From NCBI GenBank assembly GCA_965223155.1, contig CBDCVR010000015.1, positions 576,001-640,000 of the forward strand: a DNA stretch of 64,000 nucleotides, read 5' to 3'. The stretch is from Candidatus Multivoradales bacterium. Lineage in GTDB: Bacteria > Acidobacteriota > Thermoanaerobaculia > Multivoradales > JAHEKO01. A program made the translations under genes and the position numbers. Shown in pieces: positions 45,330 to 53,544 of this stretch (its first letter is position 1; each line of letters starts with the position of its first letter). The notes beneath the pieces are model-generated. The model worked only from the letters and a program-made list of their open reading frames with translations. It was not told where the DNA came from and ran no database searches.

Positions 45330-45580
45330 CACGAAGCCCCTCCGGCCAGCTCGATCTCGTAGTCCTCGACGATCGGGTTCGCGAGAAGCTTCGCGCTCAT
45401 CTCGGCCAGCGCCGCCCGCGCTTCCTCGGCCGACGCGGCCGCCAGCTCGAGCTCGAAGCTCCGGCCCGCGCGCACCTCCTCGACCGCTTCGAAACCCAGC
45501 CGGTGGAGGGCGTTGCGAATGGCCTTGCCCTGCGGGTCCAGGATCTCCTTACGCGGATACACCGTGACTCTAGCTCGCAT
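45329..45580 (-). CDS. purS: FGAM synthase subunit PurS
   Basis: ILDPQG..LLANPIVEDY, 83 aa. Confidence 0.93.
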   Translation of the reverse strand: MRARVTVYPRKEILDPQGKAIRNALHRLGFEAVEEVRAGRSFELELAAASAEEARAALAEMSAKLLANPIVEDYEIELAGGAS

Positions 45581-45622
45581 CTTCGATCTCCTGCCCGCTC
45601 CAAGCCCCGTTGCGCATCCGGC

Positions 45623-46438
45623 TCAGGCGGCGGTTTGCGAACCCACGGGAAACCACGCGGTGGGCTCGTGCTGGCGGCTGACGCGGATCTCGGCGGCGAG
45701 CCCGGCGCGGGCGACCACCTGGGCGATCGATTCCTCGGCCAGCATGGGTAGGTTGTTCGTGGTCGACAAGTGATAGAGCACCACCCAGCGCAGCCGATCG
45801 CTCAGGATCTGCTGGAGGGCTTGGGCGGCATCCTGGTTCGAAAGGTGCCCCCGCGCGCCGGCGATTCGCTTCTTGAGATGCCAGGGATAGGGGCCGCTCC
45901 GGAGCATCTCGAGATCGTGATTGGTCTCCAAGACCAGGGCGTCGAGATCCCGCAAGCGACGCCAGTCGCGCGTGCGCTCGCCCAGGTCGCCCACGATCCC
46001 GAGCCGTTGCCCGCGGAACTCCACCACCATGCCGATGGGCTCGCGGGCATCGTGCGGGATGGCGAAGGGCTCGAGCCGGAGACCCTTCAGCTCGACGTGT
46101 CGGCCGGCTTCCAGAACAAACGGCCTCGGTGCCGGCTCCTGAAGCCGCACCTTGGAAAGGGTCCCCCGGGTCGCATAGATCGGCACCGAGTGCCGCTTCG
46201 AGAATCGGGCCGCGCCACGGACGTGGTCGCCGTGCTCGTGGGTCAAGACCACGGCGTCGAAAGCGCGGTCCTCGATGCCCACCGCGTCCAAGCGCTTCTC
46301 GATCTCGCGGCATGAGAATCCGGCGTCCACCAGAATCCGGCCGTCGCCGGTATCCACCACGACGCAGTTGCCCGAGCTACCCGATCCCAGCACGCAAAAG
46401 CGCAGCTCGGAGTCATCGAAGGGCAGGCGTAGCTGCAT
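45623..46438 (-). CDS. MBL-fold metallo-hydrolase (YycJ/WalJ-like)
   Basis: LGSGSSGNC, THEHGDH, PHDAREP, ETNHD, GHLSN. Confidence 0.85.
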   Translation of the reverse strand: MQLRLPFDDSELRFCVLGSGSSGNCVVVDTGDGRILVDAGFSCREIEKRLDAVGIEDRAFDAVVLTHEHGDHVRGAARFSKRHSVPIYATRGTLSKVRLQEPAPRPFVLEAGRHVELKGLRLEPFAIPHDAREPIGMVVEFRGQRLGIVGDLGERTRDWRRLRDLDALVLETNHDLEMLRSGPYPWHLKKRIAGARGHLSNQDAAQALQQILSDRLRWVVLYHLSTTNNLPMLAEESIAQVVARAGLAAEIRVSRQHEPTAWFPVGSQTAA

Positions 46439-46457
46439 TCCCCGGGGTGCTCGCGTC

Positions 46458-47219
46458 CTAGAAGTCGTACGCCCGGCCCTGCTCCAAGAACGCCACCCGG
46501 GGATGGCCTAGGGCCTTGACCTCGCGGACGATGTTCTCGATACAGGGCGGCTTCAAGTGGTGGAGCAAGACTGGCACGTCGCGCTCCAGCTTGGCGACTT
46601 CGGCCTCCATCGTTTGCGGCGTCAGGTGGAGCGAGAGATCGGCGATGCGCTGCATCGAGTTCTCGAAGCTGGTGTCCAGAAACACCGCCTCGAGTCCCGG
46701 GGCGGCGTTGGCGATCTCCCACAGACGCACCGTGGGACCGGTGTCGCTCGACCACACCACCGAGGTGCCTTCGTGCTCGATGAGGTAGCCGAAGGTCGGC
46801 ACCAGATGGTCTACCGAAAAGGGGGTGAAGCGCACGCCCTTCAAGGTGAACGGCACCTCTTCCTCGATCTCGCGGAACCGGATCGAGGGCAGGAGGTTGT
46901 TGGGCAGCCGGGTGAAATCGGGCCAGGAGGCATTGTTGAAGAGATGCTTGCGGATCGAATAGGTCGTCGTGGCCGAGGCGTAGACGTCGATCGAAGTGCG
47001 CTCGCCGCCGTAGACGTTCTCGACGAAGAACGGCAGGGAGCTGGTGTGGTCCATGTGGGAATGGGTCAGGACCACCGATTCCACCTTGCGCTGCCGCTCG
47101 ATCGGCAAGGTCTGCGCCAGGGAACCGGCATCGAGCGCGATCGTCTCGTTGATCAGAAGACAGGTCAGTCGGCAGTGTACGCTTTCGCCGCCGTAGCTGC
47201 CGAGCACCTCGATGCGCAT
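46458..47219 (-). CDS. class II 3',5'-cyclic nucleotide phosphodiesterase-like MBL hydrolase
   Basis: MRIEVLGSYGG, LDAG, THSHMDH, HLFNNASWPDF, HLTP, HHLKP. Confidence 0.75.
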   Translation of the reverse strand: MRIEVLGSYGGESVHCRLTCLLINETIALDAGSLAQTLPIERQRKVESVVLTHSHMDHTSSLPFFVENVYGGERTSIDVYASATTTYSIRKHLFNNASWPDFTRLPNNLLPSIRFREIEEEVPFTLKGVRFTPFSVDHLVPTFGYLIEHEGTSVVWSSDTGPTVRLWEIANAAPGLEAVFLDTSFENSMQRIADLSLHLTPQTMEAEVAKLERDVPVLLHHLKPPCIENIVREVKALGHPRVAFLEQGRAYDF

Positions 47220-47374
47220 GGGCGCCGCCAGTCTACCCGGCCCGCACCTTGCCCACAACAAGAAACCTCAGCACAACCGAACGGAGAACTCGGATCGGGT
47301 TCCGATCCGGCTCGACCTGACCAAGCACGGCAACGACGGCCCCAACAGTCCCGCCCGAAAGGCGGCGACTCCCG

Positions 47375-50293
47375 CTAGAAGCGGCGCCCGACCCAGATCG
47401 AGGACTCGAAACCGTCGTCCGAGTCCTTGAAGTCCCAGCGCTTGGCGAAGTCCACGTTGACGTCGACCCCGAGGAAGCGCACCGTGAAACCGTAGCCGTA
47501 GCTCGACACCGCGTCCACCAGTCGATCCTCGTCGTCGGCAAACCGAAACGTCTGGAACTCGTCGAACCAGGCGCCGCCGATATCAAGGAACAGGATCGCC
47601 CGCACGCCGCCAAAGCGCACGATCGGCGTCGAGAGCTGGTCGAAGAACGGGAAGCGCAGCTCGAGGTTGGTGTAGAAGCCGTGGGTGCCCACGATCGAAC
47701 GGAAGTCGAACCCGCGCACCGTGTCCAGGCCGCCGAAATAGACCGGGCTGGGCGTGTTGCCATCGGTGGCAATGCCCACCGCCCGAAAGGCCAGATTCGA
47801 GCGCTTGGTCAGGGGCAGGTACTGGCGGAAGTCGAGGGAGGCCCGCTCCACCAGCGTGCCGCTGTCGTCCAGATCCGGCGCCCACAGGTAGCCGAGGTTC
47901 CAGCGCCGGCCCCCGACCGTGCCCCAGGGGCTCAGGACCGAGGTGTCACCGACCACCGAGGTCGAGATCAACGGAAAATCGTCGTCCACGGTGTCGATCG
48001 TGAGGAACCGATTGCCCTCTTCATCGACCCGCAGCACTTGCGCCAGGAACTCACGCATGACGTAGCCAGCGCCGATCTGGAAGCGGTGGGACACGTTCCA
48101 CGGGTAGACCACCGAGCCGATGACCCCGGTCTGGCTGAAAGCGGTGCGCCCACGCCGAAACAGACCCGAGCTCTCATCGACCGCGATGAAGAAGTCCCGA
48201 TCGTCGAAGAGGTGAACCTGCCACTGCCAGCGGTTGGAAAGATTCGAATAGATGACGTCGAAGTTCTGGAAGCTCTCGACCGACTGGAAGACTCCCAGGA
48301 TGCGGCGGTCGCCCATGAAGTCGGACATCTGGATGTAGGTCGTGCCCACGAAGGTCTGGTCGTCCGAGACTCCGACCGTGCCGCCCACGTCCTCGACGAA
48401 GAACCTGCGGCCGCCGAACTTGTCCTTGTTGCGCTCGTCGATCGCCACCTCGATGGCCGGCTCGAAGGACTCGAAGTTGGCGACGTCGACCGGCCCGGCC
48501 TCGAGGTCCTGGGTCGCCACTACCGGCAGCGGATCGGTCACCGGATCCTCCGGATCCAGAAGGTAGAGGTCGTGCCGGCCGCGCCAGAAGGCGGCAAAGA
48601 CCAGGCGCTCCTTGCCGTCTTCACCGGCCAGCACGGTGGGCTGGTAGCAGCCGGTCACGGCGTTGGTGTGCTGGCGCAGCTCCCCGGTGGCGAGCTCCAG
48701 GCTATAGATGTTGTTGACGCCGCCGCGATCCGAGGTGAAGTAGATGCGCTCGCCGCTGGGCGAATAGGTGGCGTCGGTCTCATTCGACTCGCCGTCGGTC
48801 AGGGGATAGCGAACGCCCGGGTTGTCGAGCTGGATCCGGAAGAGCTTGGCGTGGTCGCCCAGGACCGAGGTCACGACGATCGACTTGCCGTCGGGGGCAT
48901 AGGCAGGAGCCGCGTCGAAGATCTCGTCGTCCGTGATCTTGGCGACCGCCCCGCTCTCGACGTCGACTTGCCAGATGTCGAACTGGCCGTTGCGGTGCCC
49001 GCCGAAGGCGACGTGGCGGCCGTCCGGGCTCCAGGCCGGGGCGATCTGCTGATCGACCTCCATGGGAAGGACCTTGTCGATCTTGCCGCGCAGAACGTCC
49101 AGAAGCACCAGACTCCGGCCCTTCTGGCGGCGGGCGAAAAAGGCGACCCGGTCGCCCGAGGGTGAGAAGGCCAGATCCCGGCCCATCTTGCGCCCCATGG
49201 TCAGCTCCTGGGCGATGAAGTACTGGAACTCGGCGTCGTCGAAGCCCTTGGTCAGGTTGCGGATGACCTCGCGCTGGCGGGTGTCGTAGAGGACGATGTC
49301 CACCTGAGCCGAATTGGGACTGGAGAAGGCCGAGCCGTCGGTCGAGAACGCCACCAGAAGATCGCCCGAGGGCGACGCCACCGGCGAGGTCTGAACGCTC
49401 CGGGGGCCGGTTCCCTGGCGGAAGCGGCGGCCGAAGTCCCCCGGCTCGCCGGTCGAGATGAGCTCCGGCAGGTACTTCTTTCGCAGCCAGCGCCGGAAGT
49501 CGCCGTCGAAGTCCTCGGCGTCGATCGCGAAGGTGCGCTCGATCGCGCGCCCGACCCGGCCGCCCAGGGTGTTGCGGGTCTCGATGATGAAGTCACGCAC
49601 CCCTTCCTTGCCCCAGCGCTCTTCGATGAACTGGAAGACCGCCGAGCCGAACCGGTAGGCGAAAAAGCCGCCGAAGTCCGAAGTGACCGGGGGAATGTTG
49701 TCGTTGACCACGGCGTCGCGCAGATACATCTGCTCGCGCGCGCCCTCGTCGTGGGCCATGTAGCTGGCCAGTCCTTCCATGAACCAGGTCGGCGGCGACG
49801 AGGTCACTCCCTTGCTCAGGTTGGCCCCGAAGATCATGTGGTACTCGAAGATGTGGGTGAGCTCGTGCAGCAAGAGCTCGTAGAGCTCGGGACCCGGCAA
49901 GTCGATGGGTAGCACCATCCGGTTCCGAACCGGGCTGGCGAAGGCGCCGATCCCCTCGGGGATGAAGTTCAGGATGATGTTGGTCTGCTCGAAATCGGCG
50001 TGGGTCTCGTAGATGATGAGCGGCGTCGGCTCTTCGATCCTGTAGTTGAAGGCCTGCGAAAGCTCGTCGTAGGCGCTCTCGGCGTAGGAAACGATCTTGC
50101 CGAGCAGGTGCTCCTCGGAATCGTAGTAGTACACGTCGAAATGGGGGGCGTGGTAGATCTTCCAGTCGAAGTCCTCGTACCGGATCTTGTTCTTCCCGAA
50201 CTGGGCGCTCGCCGAGCCGGCCACGAGTACCGCCAGAACGACGGCGAGTCCGCGGGCGACAAGAGTCCTAGGGGCTTGCTGAAAAGCTCTCAT
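47375..50293 (-). CDS. Omp85/BamA-family outer membrane protein with N-terminal gluzincin-like peptidase domain and PD40 beta-propeller
   Basis: Signal peptide ending ASA-Q; HELTH..WFMEGLA; repeated PAWSPDG/YAPDG/YSPSG PD40 units; GG..VRGF and terminal Phe of Omp85 barrels. The nearest in-frame ATG (50293) lies inside the MITE terminal repeat. Confidence 0.85.
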   Translation of the reverse strand: MRAFQQAPRTLVARGLAVVLAVLVAGSASAQFGKNKIRYEDFDWKIYHAPHFDVYYYDSEEHLLGKIVSYAESAYDELSQAFNYRIEEPTPLIIYETHADFEQTNIILNFIPEGIGAFASPVRNRMVLPIDLPGPELYELLLHELTHIFEYHMIFGANLSKGVTSSPPTWFMEGLASYMAHDEGAREQMYLRDAVVNDNIPPVTSDFGGFFAYRFGSAVFQFIEERWGKEGVRDFIIETRNTLGGRVGRAIERTFAIDAEDFDGDFRRWLRKKYLPELISTGEPGDFGRRFRQGTGPRSVQTSPVASPSGDLLVAFSTDGSAFSSPNSAQVDIVLYDTRQREVIRNLTKGFDDAEFQYFIAQELTMGRKMGRDLAFSPSGDRVAFFARRQKGRSLVLLDVLRGKIDKVLPMEVDQQIAPAWSPDGRHVAFGGHRNGQFDIWQVDVESGAVAKITDDEIFDAAPAYAPDGKSIVVTSVLGDHAKLFRIQLDNPGVRYPLTDGESNETDATYSPSGERIYFTSDRGGVNNIYSLELATGELRQHTNAVTGCYQPTVLAGEDGKERLVFAAFWRGRHDLYLLDPEDPVTDPLPVVATQDLEAGPVDVANFESFEPAIEVAIDERNKDKFGGRRFFVEDVGGTVGVSDDQTFVGTTYIQMSDFMGDRRILGVFQSVESFQNFDVIYSNLSNRWQWQVHLFDDRDFFIAVDESSGLFRRGRTAFSQTGVIGSVVYPWNVSHRFQIGAGYVMREFLAQVLRVDEEGNRFLTIDTVDDDFPLISTSVVGDTSVLSPWGTVGGRRWNLGYLWAPDLDDSGTLVERASLDFRQYLPLTKRSNLAFRAVGIATDGNTPSPVYFGGLDTVRGFDFRSIVGTHGFYTNLELRFPFFDQLSTPIVRFGGVRAILFLDIGGAWFDEFQTFRFADDEDRLVDAVSSYGYGFTVRFLGVDVNVDFAKRWDFKDSDDGFESSIWVGRRF

Positions 50294-50546
50294 GGGTTGC
50301 GTTGCAAGCGCCGTGGCTGTCGCGGGCAGGCGGCGCGACGCAGGCCATGCTGTAGCTTCGTTGAGAAGCGCCAATGCCCCTGCGGCGGCCACGCCGCCGC
50401 AACCCGAAGGGCGGCAAGGGGTTGCGGCGCATCTTCGGCGTTGCTCGTCGTCAACGATGACACCGCATCGATTCCTTCTCGCGTCTGGAAGCTGCACCGT
50501 AAACCCTTGCCGCGCAACCTATGAAAGTTTTTCAGCAAGCCCCTAG
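50268..50546. mobile_element. miniature inverted-repeat transposable element (MITE)
   Basis: 34-bp terminal inverted repeats (50268-50301, 50513-50546; 31/34 identical), CTAG at both ends, internal long hairpin (about 50413-50512), no transposase; excision restores a continuous ORF. Confidence 0.85.
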
Positions 50547-50576
50547 ACAAACAACGCGACACGCGGCACCCCATTT

Positions 50577-51353
50577 CTAGTTGGTGAACAGAAGGCGCGA
50601 GGTTTCGACGCGCTTCTGACTGAACACGCCGGCGATGCGGTCTTCCAACGCGAACAGGTTTTCGAACATGCCGGTCAGCGGATCCACGCTCTCGCCGGCA
50701 AACTGCTTGAAGTCCTTGAAGTTGTCGGAGTAGAGACGCTCGCCACTGCGGCCGTCGAAGACTTCCATGACGATGTCGTACTCGAACCCGGTCTGCTCGA
50801 CCAGGACCTGCCGGTAGTAGGTGCGGCCGTCGTAGGGCGAGGTATAGGGCTCGGTCTTGTAGCCGCTCCGGTCCTGGACGTCGAAATCAAGGCTGCCCGA
50901 GAGGACGAGGTCGGCGCCGCTACGCTCGCCCACCACTCGCCAGAAGTCCCGGTTCCCGGACAGATCGGCGAAGTCGTAGGTCGGATAGTCGACCGGTCCC
51001 GAATCCACGAACTTGAGCCTGGTCCGCCGCTTGATCAAGCGCTTCAAGTAGCCCTCGAACTCTTCCTGCACGTTGACCCCGCGGCGCTGGATCGGCAGCT
51101 CGCCCTCCTGGGTCACGACCAGAAACGGAGCCAGCGTCACGCTCTCCTTGTCGGTCATGTCGATGCGCGAGCGCACCGGCACCTGAAACCGCACCTCGAC
51201 CGTGCCGGCGACCGCAATCGTGGACATCTCCGGTCCCCCGGCGAGGACGAGCCAGGCGACGGCGGGCGTCAGAACCGACCTAAGCGTCCCTCGAAGTCTC
51301 CCCGGTGTCGTCGCCATCGCCATCATCTCCTCGTACCTATCCAGCTCCTGCAA
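50577..51353 (-). CDS. exported hypothetical protein (possible CsgG/LpoB-like fold)
   Basis: ORF between the TPR and Omp85 genes; hydrophobic N-terminus; GADLVLSGSL and VFDGRSGE patterns; start uncertain. Confidence 0.65.
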   Translation of the reverse strand: MQELDRYEEMMAMATTPGRLRGTLRSVLTPAVAWLVLAGGPEMSTIAVAGTVEVRFQVPVRSRIDMTDKESVTLAPFLVVTQEGELPIQRRGVNVQEEFEGYLKRLIKRRTRLKFVDSGPVDYPTYDFADLSGNRDFWRVVGERSGADLVLSGSLDFDVQDRSGYKTEPYTSPYDGRTYYRQVLVEQTGFEYDIVMEVFDGRSGERLYSDNFKDFKQFAGESVDPLTGMFENLFALEDRIAGVFSQKRVETSRLLFTN

Positions 51354-51375
51354 GCAAACCCGAGACCGGCGCCGG

Positions 51376-51822
51376 CTAACCGTCGTCGGCGCCGGCCGGT
51401 TCGGAGGCCGCGACCTCAGCCGCAGCGTCCTCGCCGTCCTCAGCGGCTTCGGTGGGCTTCAGGGATTCGTAGAACTCCACGAACTGCGCGTAGTTCTTGC
51501 GCAGCTCGCGGTTGCCTTGGTCGGCCTTGAGCGCCTTGCGGTAGTACTCCAGCGCCTTGTCGAACTTGCCGATGGCTTCATAGGCCACCGCCATGTTGTT
51601 GAGCAGCCGGGCGTCTCCAGGACGTTCTTCCAGAACTCGGTTGAACCGGAACAGGGCTTCGTTCCAGAGGCCCCGCTTGGCCATCTGCACCCCGAATTCG
51701 AGCTGCGATCCGGTCCGATCTCGAGCCGCCTCGGCCGGAGCCGCCGCGAGCGCGCCCGCCAGCACGAGCGCAACGCCGGCCCCCCAAACGACTCCGCCAA
51801 CTGTTCGAACCTCGCGCTCCAT
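51376..51822 (-). CDS. exported tetratricopeptide repeat protein
   Basis: Signal peptide, then GLWNEALFRF..P..ARLLNNMAVAYEAIGKFDKALEYYRKAL TPR units. Confidence 0.8.
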   Translation of the reverse strand: MEREVRTVGGVVWGAGVALVLAGALAAAPAEAARDRTGSQLEFGVQMAKRGLWNEALFRFNRVLEERPGDARLLNNMAVAYEAIGKFDKALEYYRKALKADQGNRELRKNYAQFVEFYESLKPTEAAEDGEDAAAEVAASEPAGADDG

Positions 51823-51886
51823 TCTGGGCAATCGACACGACTCCTTGGGCTGAAAGCGATCGAAACCGTTCCCGATCCGATCGTCT

Positions 51887-51902
51887 AGCAAGAGACTCTC
51901 CA
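51887..51902 (-). promoter_or_regulatory. candidate sigma54 promoter of the TPR/Omp85 operon
   Basis: Minus strand TGGAGAGTCTCTTGCT (GG-N10-GC), 65 nt upstream of ATG 51822. A TATACT -10-like box also lies just upstream. Confidence 0.35.
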
Positions 51903-51994
51903 GCAGTATATACGAGCCCAATCCGGCACAGATTTGTCGAATTTCCGACCCGTATGAACACCAGATTGGCGGCCGGCGTCGCGTCTCCCGAGGC

Positions 51995-53437
51995 ATGGAG
52001 TCCGTGAGCGCCGATCCTGGTGCCACCGCCAAGCCCAAGGCCGAAGTTGGTACCCAAGCCAATGCCGAAGCCGATGCTGAAGCCGGCGCCCGCGCCAGCT
52101 CCGAGGCCAATCCGGACGGTGGTGCCCACCGAGAACCCAGCGGCAAAGCCGGCACCGCGCTCCCCGCCCCGGAGCCAGACCCCCAGGCGGGCGTTCTGCG
52201 GGACCCCATGCCCGAGCAGGTCAAGGCCGATCTCGCCATCGCCCTGAACGCCGCCGGCTGGGCCTCGCAGGAGCCCGTGTGCCGGCTGGCCTTGCGGCCC
52301 GAGCTCTGGTTCGCGACCGCCGGGCCGTCGCGCTGCACTCACCGCGCGCGCCGGCATGCCGCCCGAGCGTGCGGGGTCTCCGCCAAGCGCCTCAACAGGG
52401 CCCTGACCGTGGCGCGGAGCTACCATCGCCGCGCTCGGGCCGAGAGACGCCGGGCCCGTGATCTCGAAGTCGAAATCGTCACCTTCTGGGACGAGGGCTA
52501 CCCGGAGAGTCTGCGGGGTCTCGAGCTGCCGCCACCGGTGCTCTACGTCCGCGGCTCGATCGAGGCCGCCTCCCGTCTCTCGGTCTCGATCGTGGGCTCG
52601 CGGCGCGCCGACGCCTACGGCCTGGACGTGGCCGAGCGCTTCGCGGCCGAGCTCGCCGCCGTCGGACTCAACGTTGTCTCCGGGCTGGCCCTGGGGATCG
52701 ACTCGGCGGCCCACCGCGGTGCTCTCGCCCGCCGAACCTCCTTCGAAGACTCGGACGACCCCCTCCCGGCCGGTGCCGCCGGCCGGGATCGCTCCGGCAC
52801 CACAGTGGCGGTCTTGGGCTGCGGCATCGACGTCGACTACCCCAAGAGCAACCGGGCTCTCGCCCGCCGCATCGCCGAGCACGGCACCCTGATCTCGGAG
52901 TTCGCTCCCGGCACCCCGCCCCTGGCTCGAAACTTTCCGGTGCGCAATCGTCTGATCGCCGCTTTGGGACTGGGCACGCTGGTGGTCCGGGCAACGGCGC
53001 GCTCGGGTTCGCTCATCACCGCCGGCCTGGCGCTGGGGCTGGGGCGCCTGGTCTGGGCGGTCCCGGGCAACGTCTTCGACCCGCGCTCGGCCGGGCCCAA
53101 CACCCTGATTCGAGACGGCGCCCATCCGATCCAGTCGCCGAGCGACCTCGTCGAGACCCTGCCGGTCGCCGTACGGGAGGCGCTCGAGCTCGACCGGCCC
53201 CGCCGCGCCCAGCCCGAGCGCGAGGACCTGCGCCGGCTGGCGGGAATGTTTGAACCCGGCCGGACGTTGACCCAGCACGACCTCGTCCGCGCCAGCGGCC
53301 TGCCCATCGACCGGCTGCTGGGGCTTCTGACCGAGCTCGAGCTGGGCGGGTGGATCCGGCGCTTCGCGGGTCCGAGCTGGGCCCAAGCACCGGTCCTCCC
53401 CGGCGGCACCGGGGAGACGGAATCCACCGAGCGATGA
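51995..53437 (+). CDS. dprA: DNA-processing protein DprA (start may be 52208)
   Basis: YP..L....PPPVLYVRG, IVGSR, VVSGLALGIDSAAH, NFPVRNRLI, SGSLITA. Confidence 0.9.
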   Translation: MESVSADPGATAKPKAEVGTQANAEADAEAGARASSEANPDGGAHREPSGKAGTALPAPEPDPQAGVLRDPMPEQVKADLAIALNAAGWASQEPVCRLALRPELWFATAGPSRCTHRARRHAARACGVSAKRLNRALTVARSYHRRARAERRRARDLEVEIVTFWDEGYPESLRGLELPPPVLYVRGSIEAASRLSVSIVGSRRADAYGLDVAERFAAELAAVGLNVVSGLALGIDSAAHRGALARRTSFEDSDDPLPAGAAGRDRSGTTVAVLGCGIDVDYPKSNRALARRIAEHGTLISEFAPGTPPLARNFPVRNRLIAALGLGTLVVRATARSGSLITAGLALGLGRLVWAVPGNVFDPRSAGPNTLIRDGAHPIQSPSDLVETLPVAVREALELDRPRRAQPEREDLRRLAGMFEPGRTLTQHDLVRASGLPIDRLLGLLTELELGGWIRRFAGPSWAQAPVLPGGTGETESTER

Positions 53438-53544
53438 CTCGGGACGGTTCGGGGGTGCCGCGCGGGATTCGGCCCATGGCGTGGTTGCGGGCGTTTCGGG
53501 CGCGGTGGTAACGTCCGCCACCGCCCGGCGGCTGGTTTTCAAGA

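Noticed and set aside
47262-47374. Riboswitch or sRNA between the Omp85 and phosphodiesterase genes
   Set aside because: Only two short GC hairpins, with no recognisable aptamer core; compatible with a terminator or stability hairpin.
50294-50497. 68-aa N-terminal extension of the Omp85 ORF (start 50497)
   Set aside because: It is translated MITE sequence and would bury the signal peptide; ATG 50293 is preferred.
51995-52207. Repetitive N-terminal extension of DprA as a new domain
   Set aside because: Low-complexity Ala/Glu/Pro sequence; the start may be ATG 52208, so it may not be translated.
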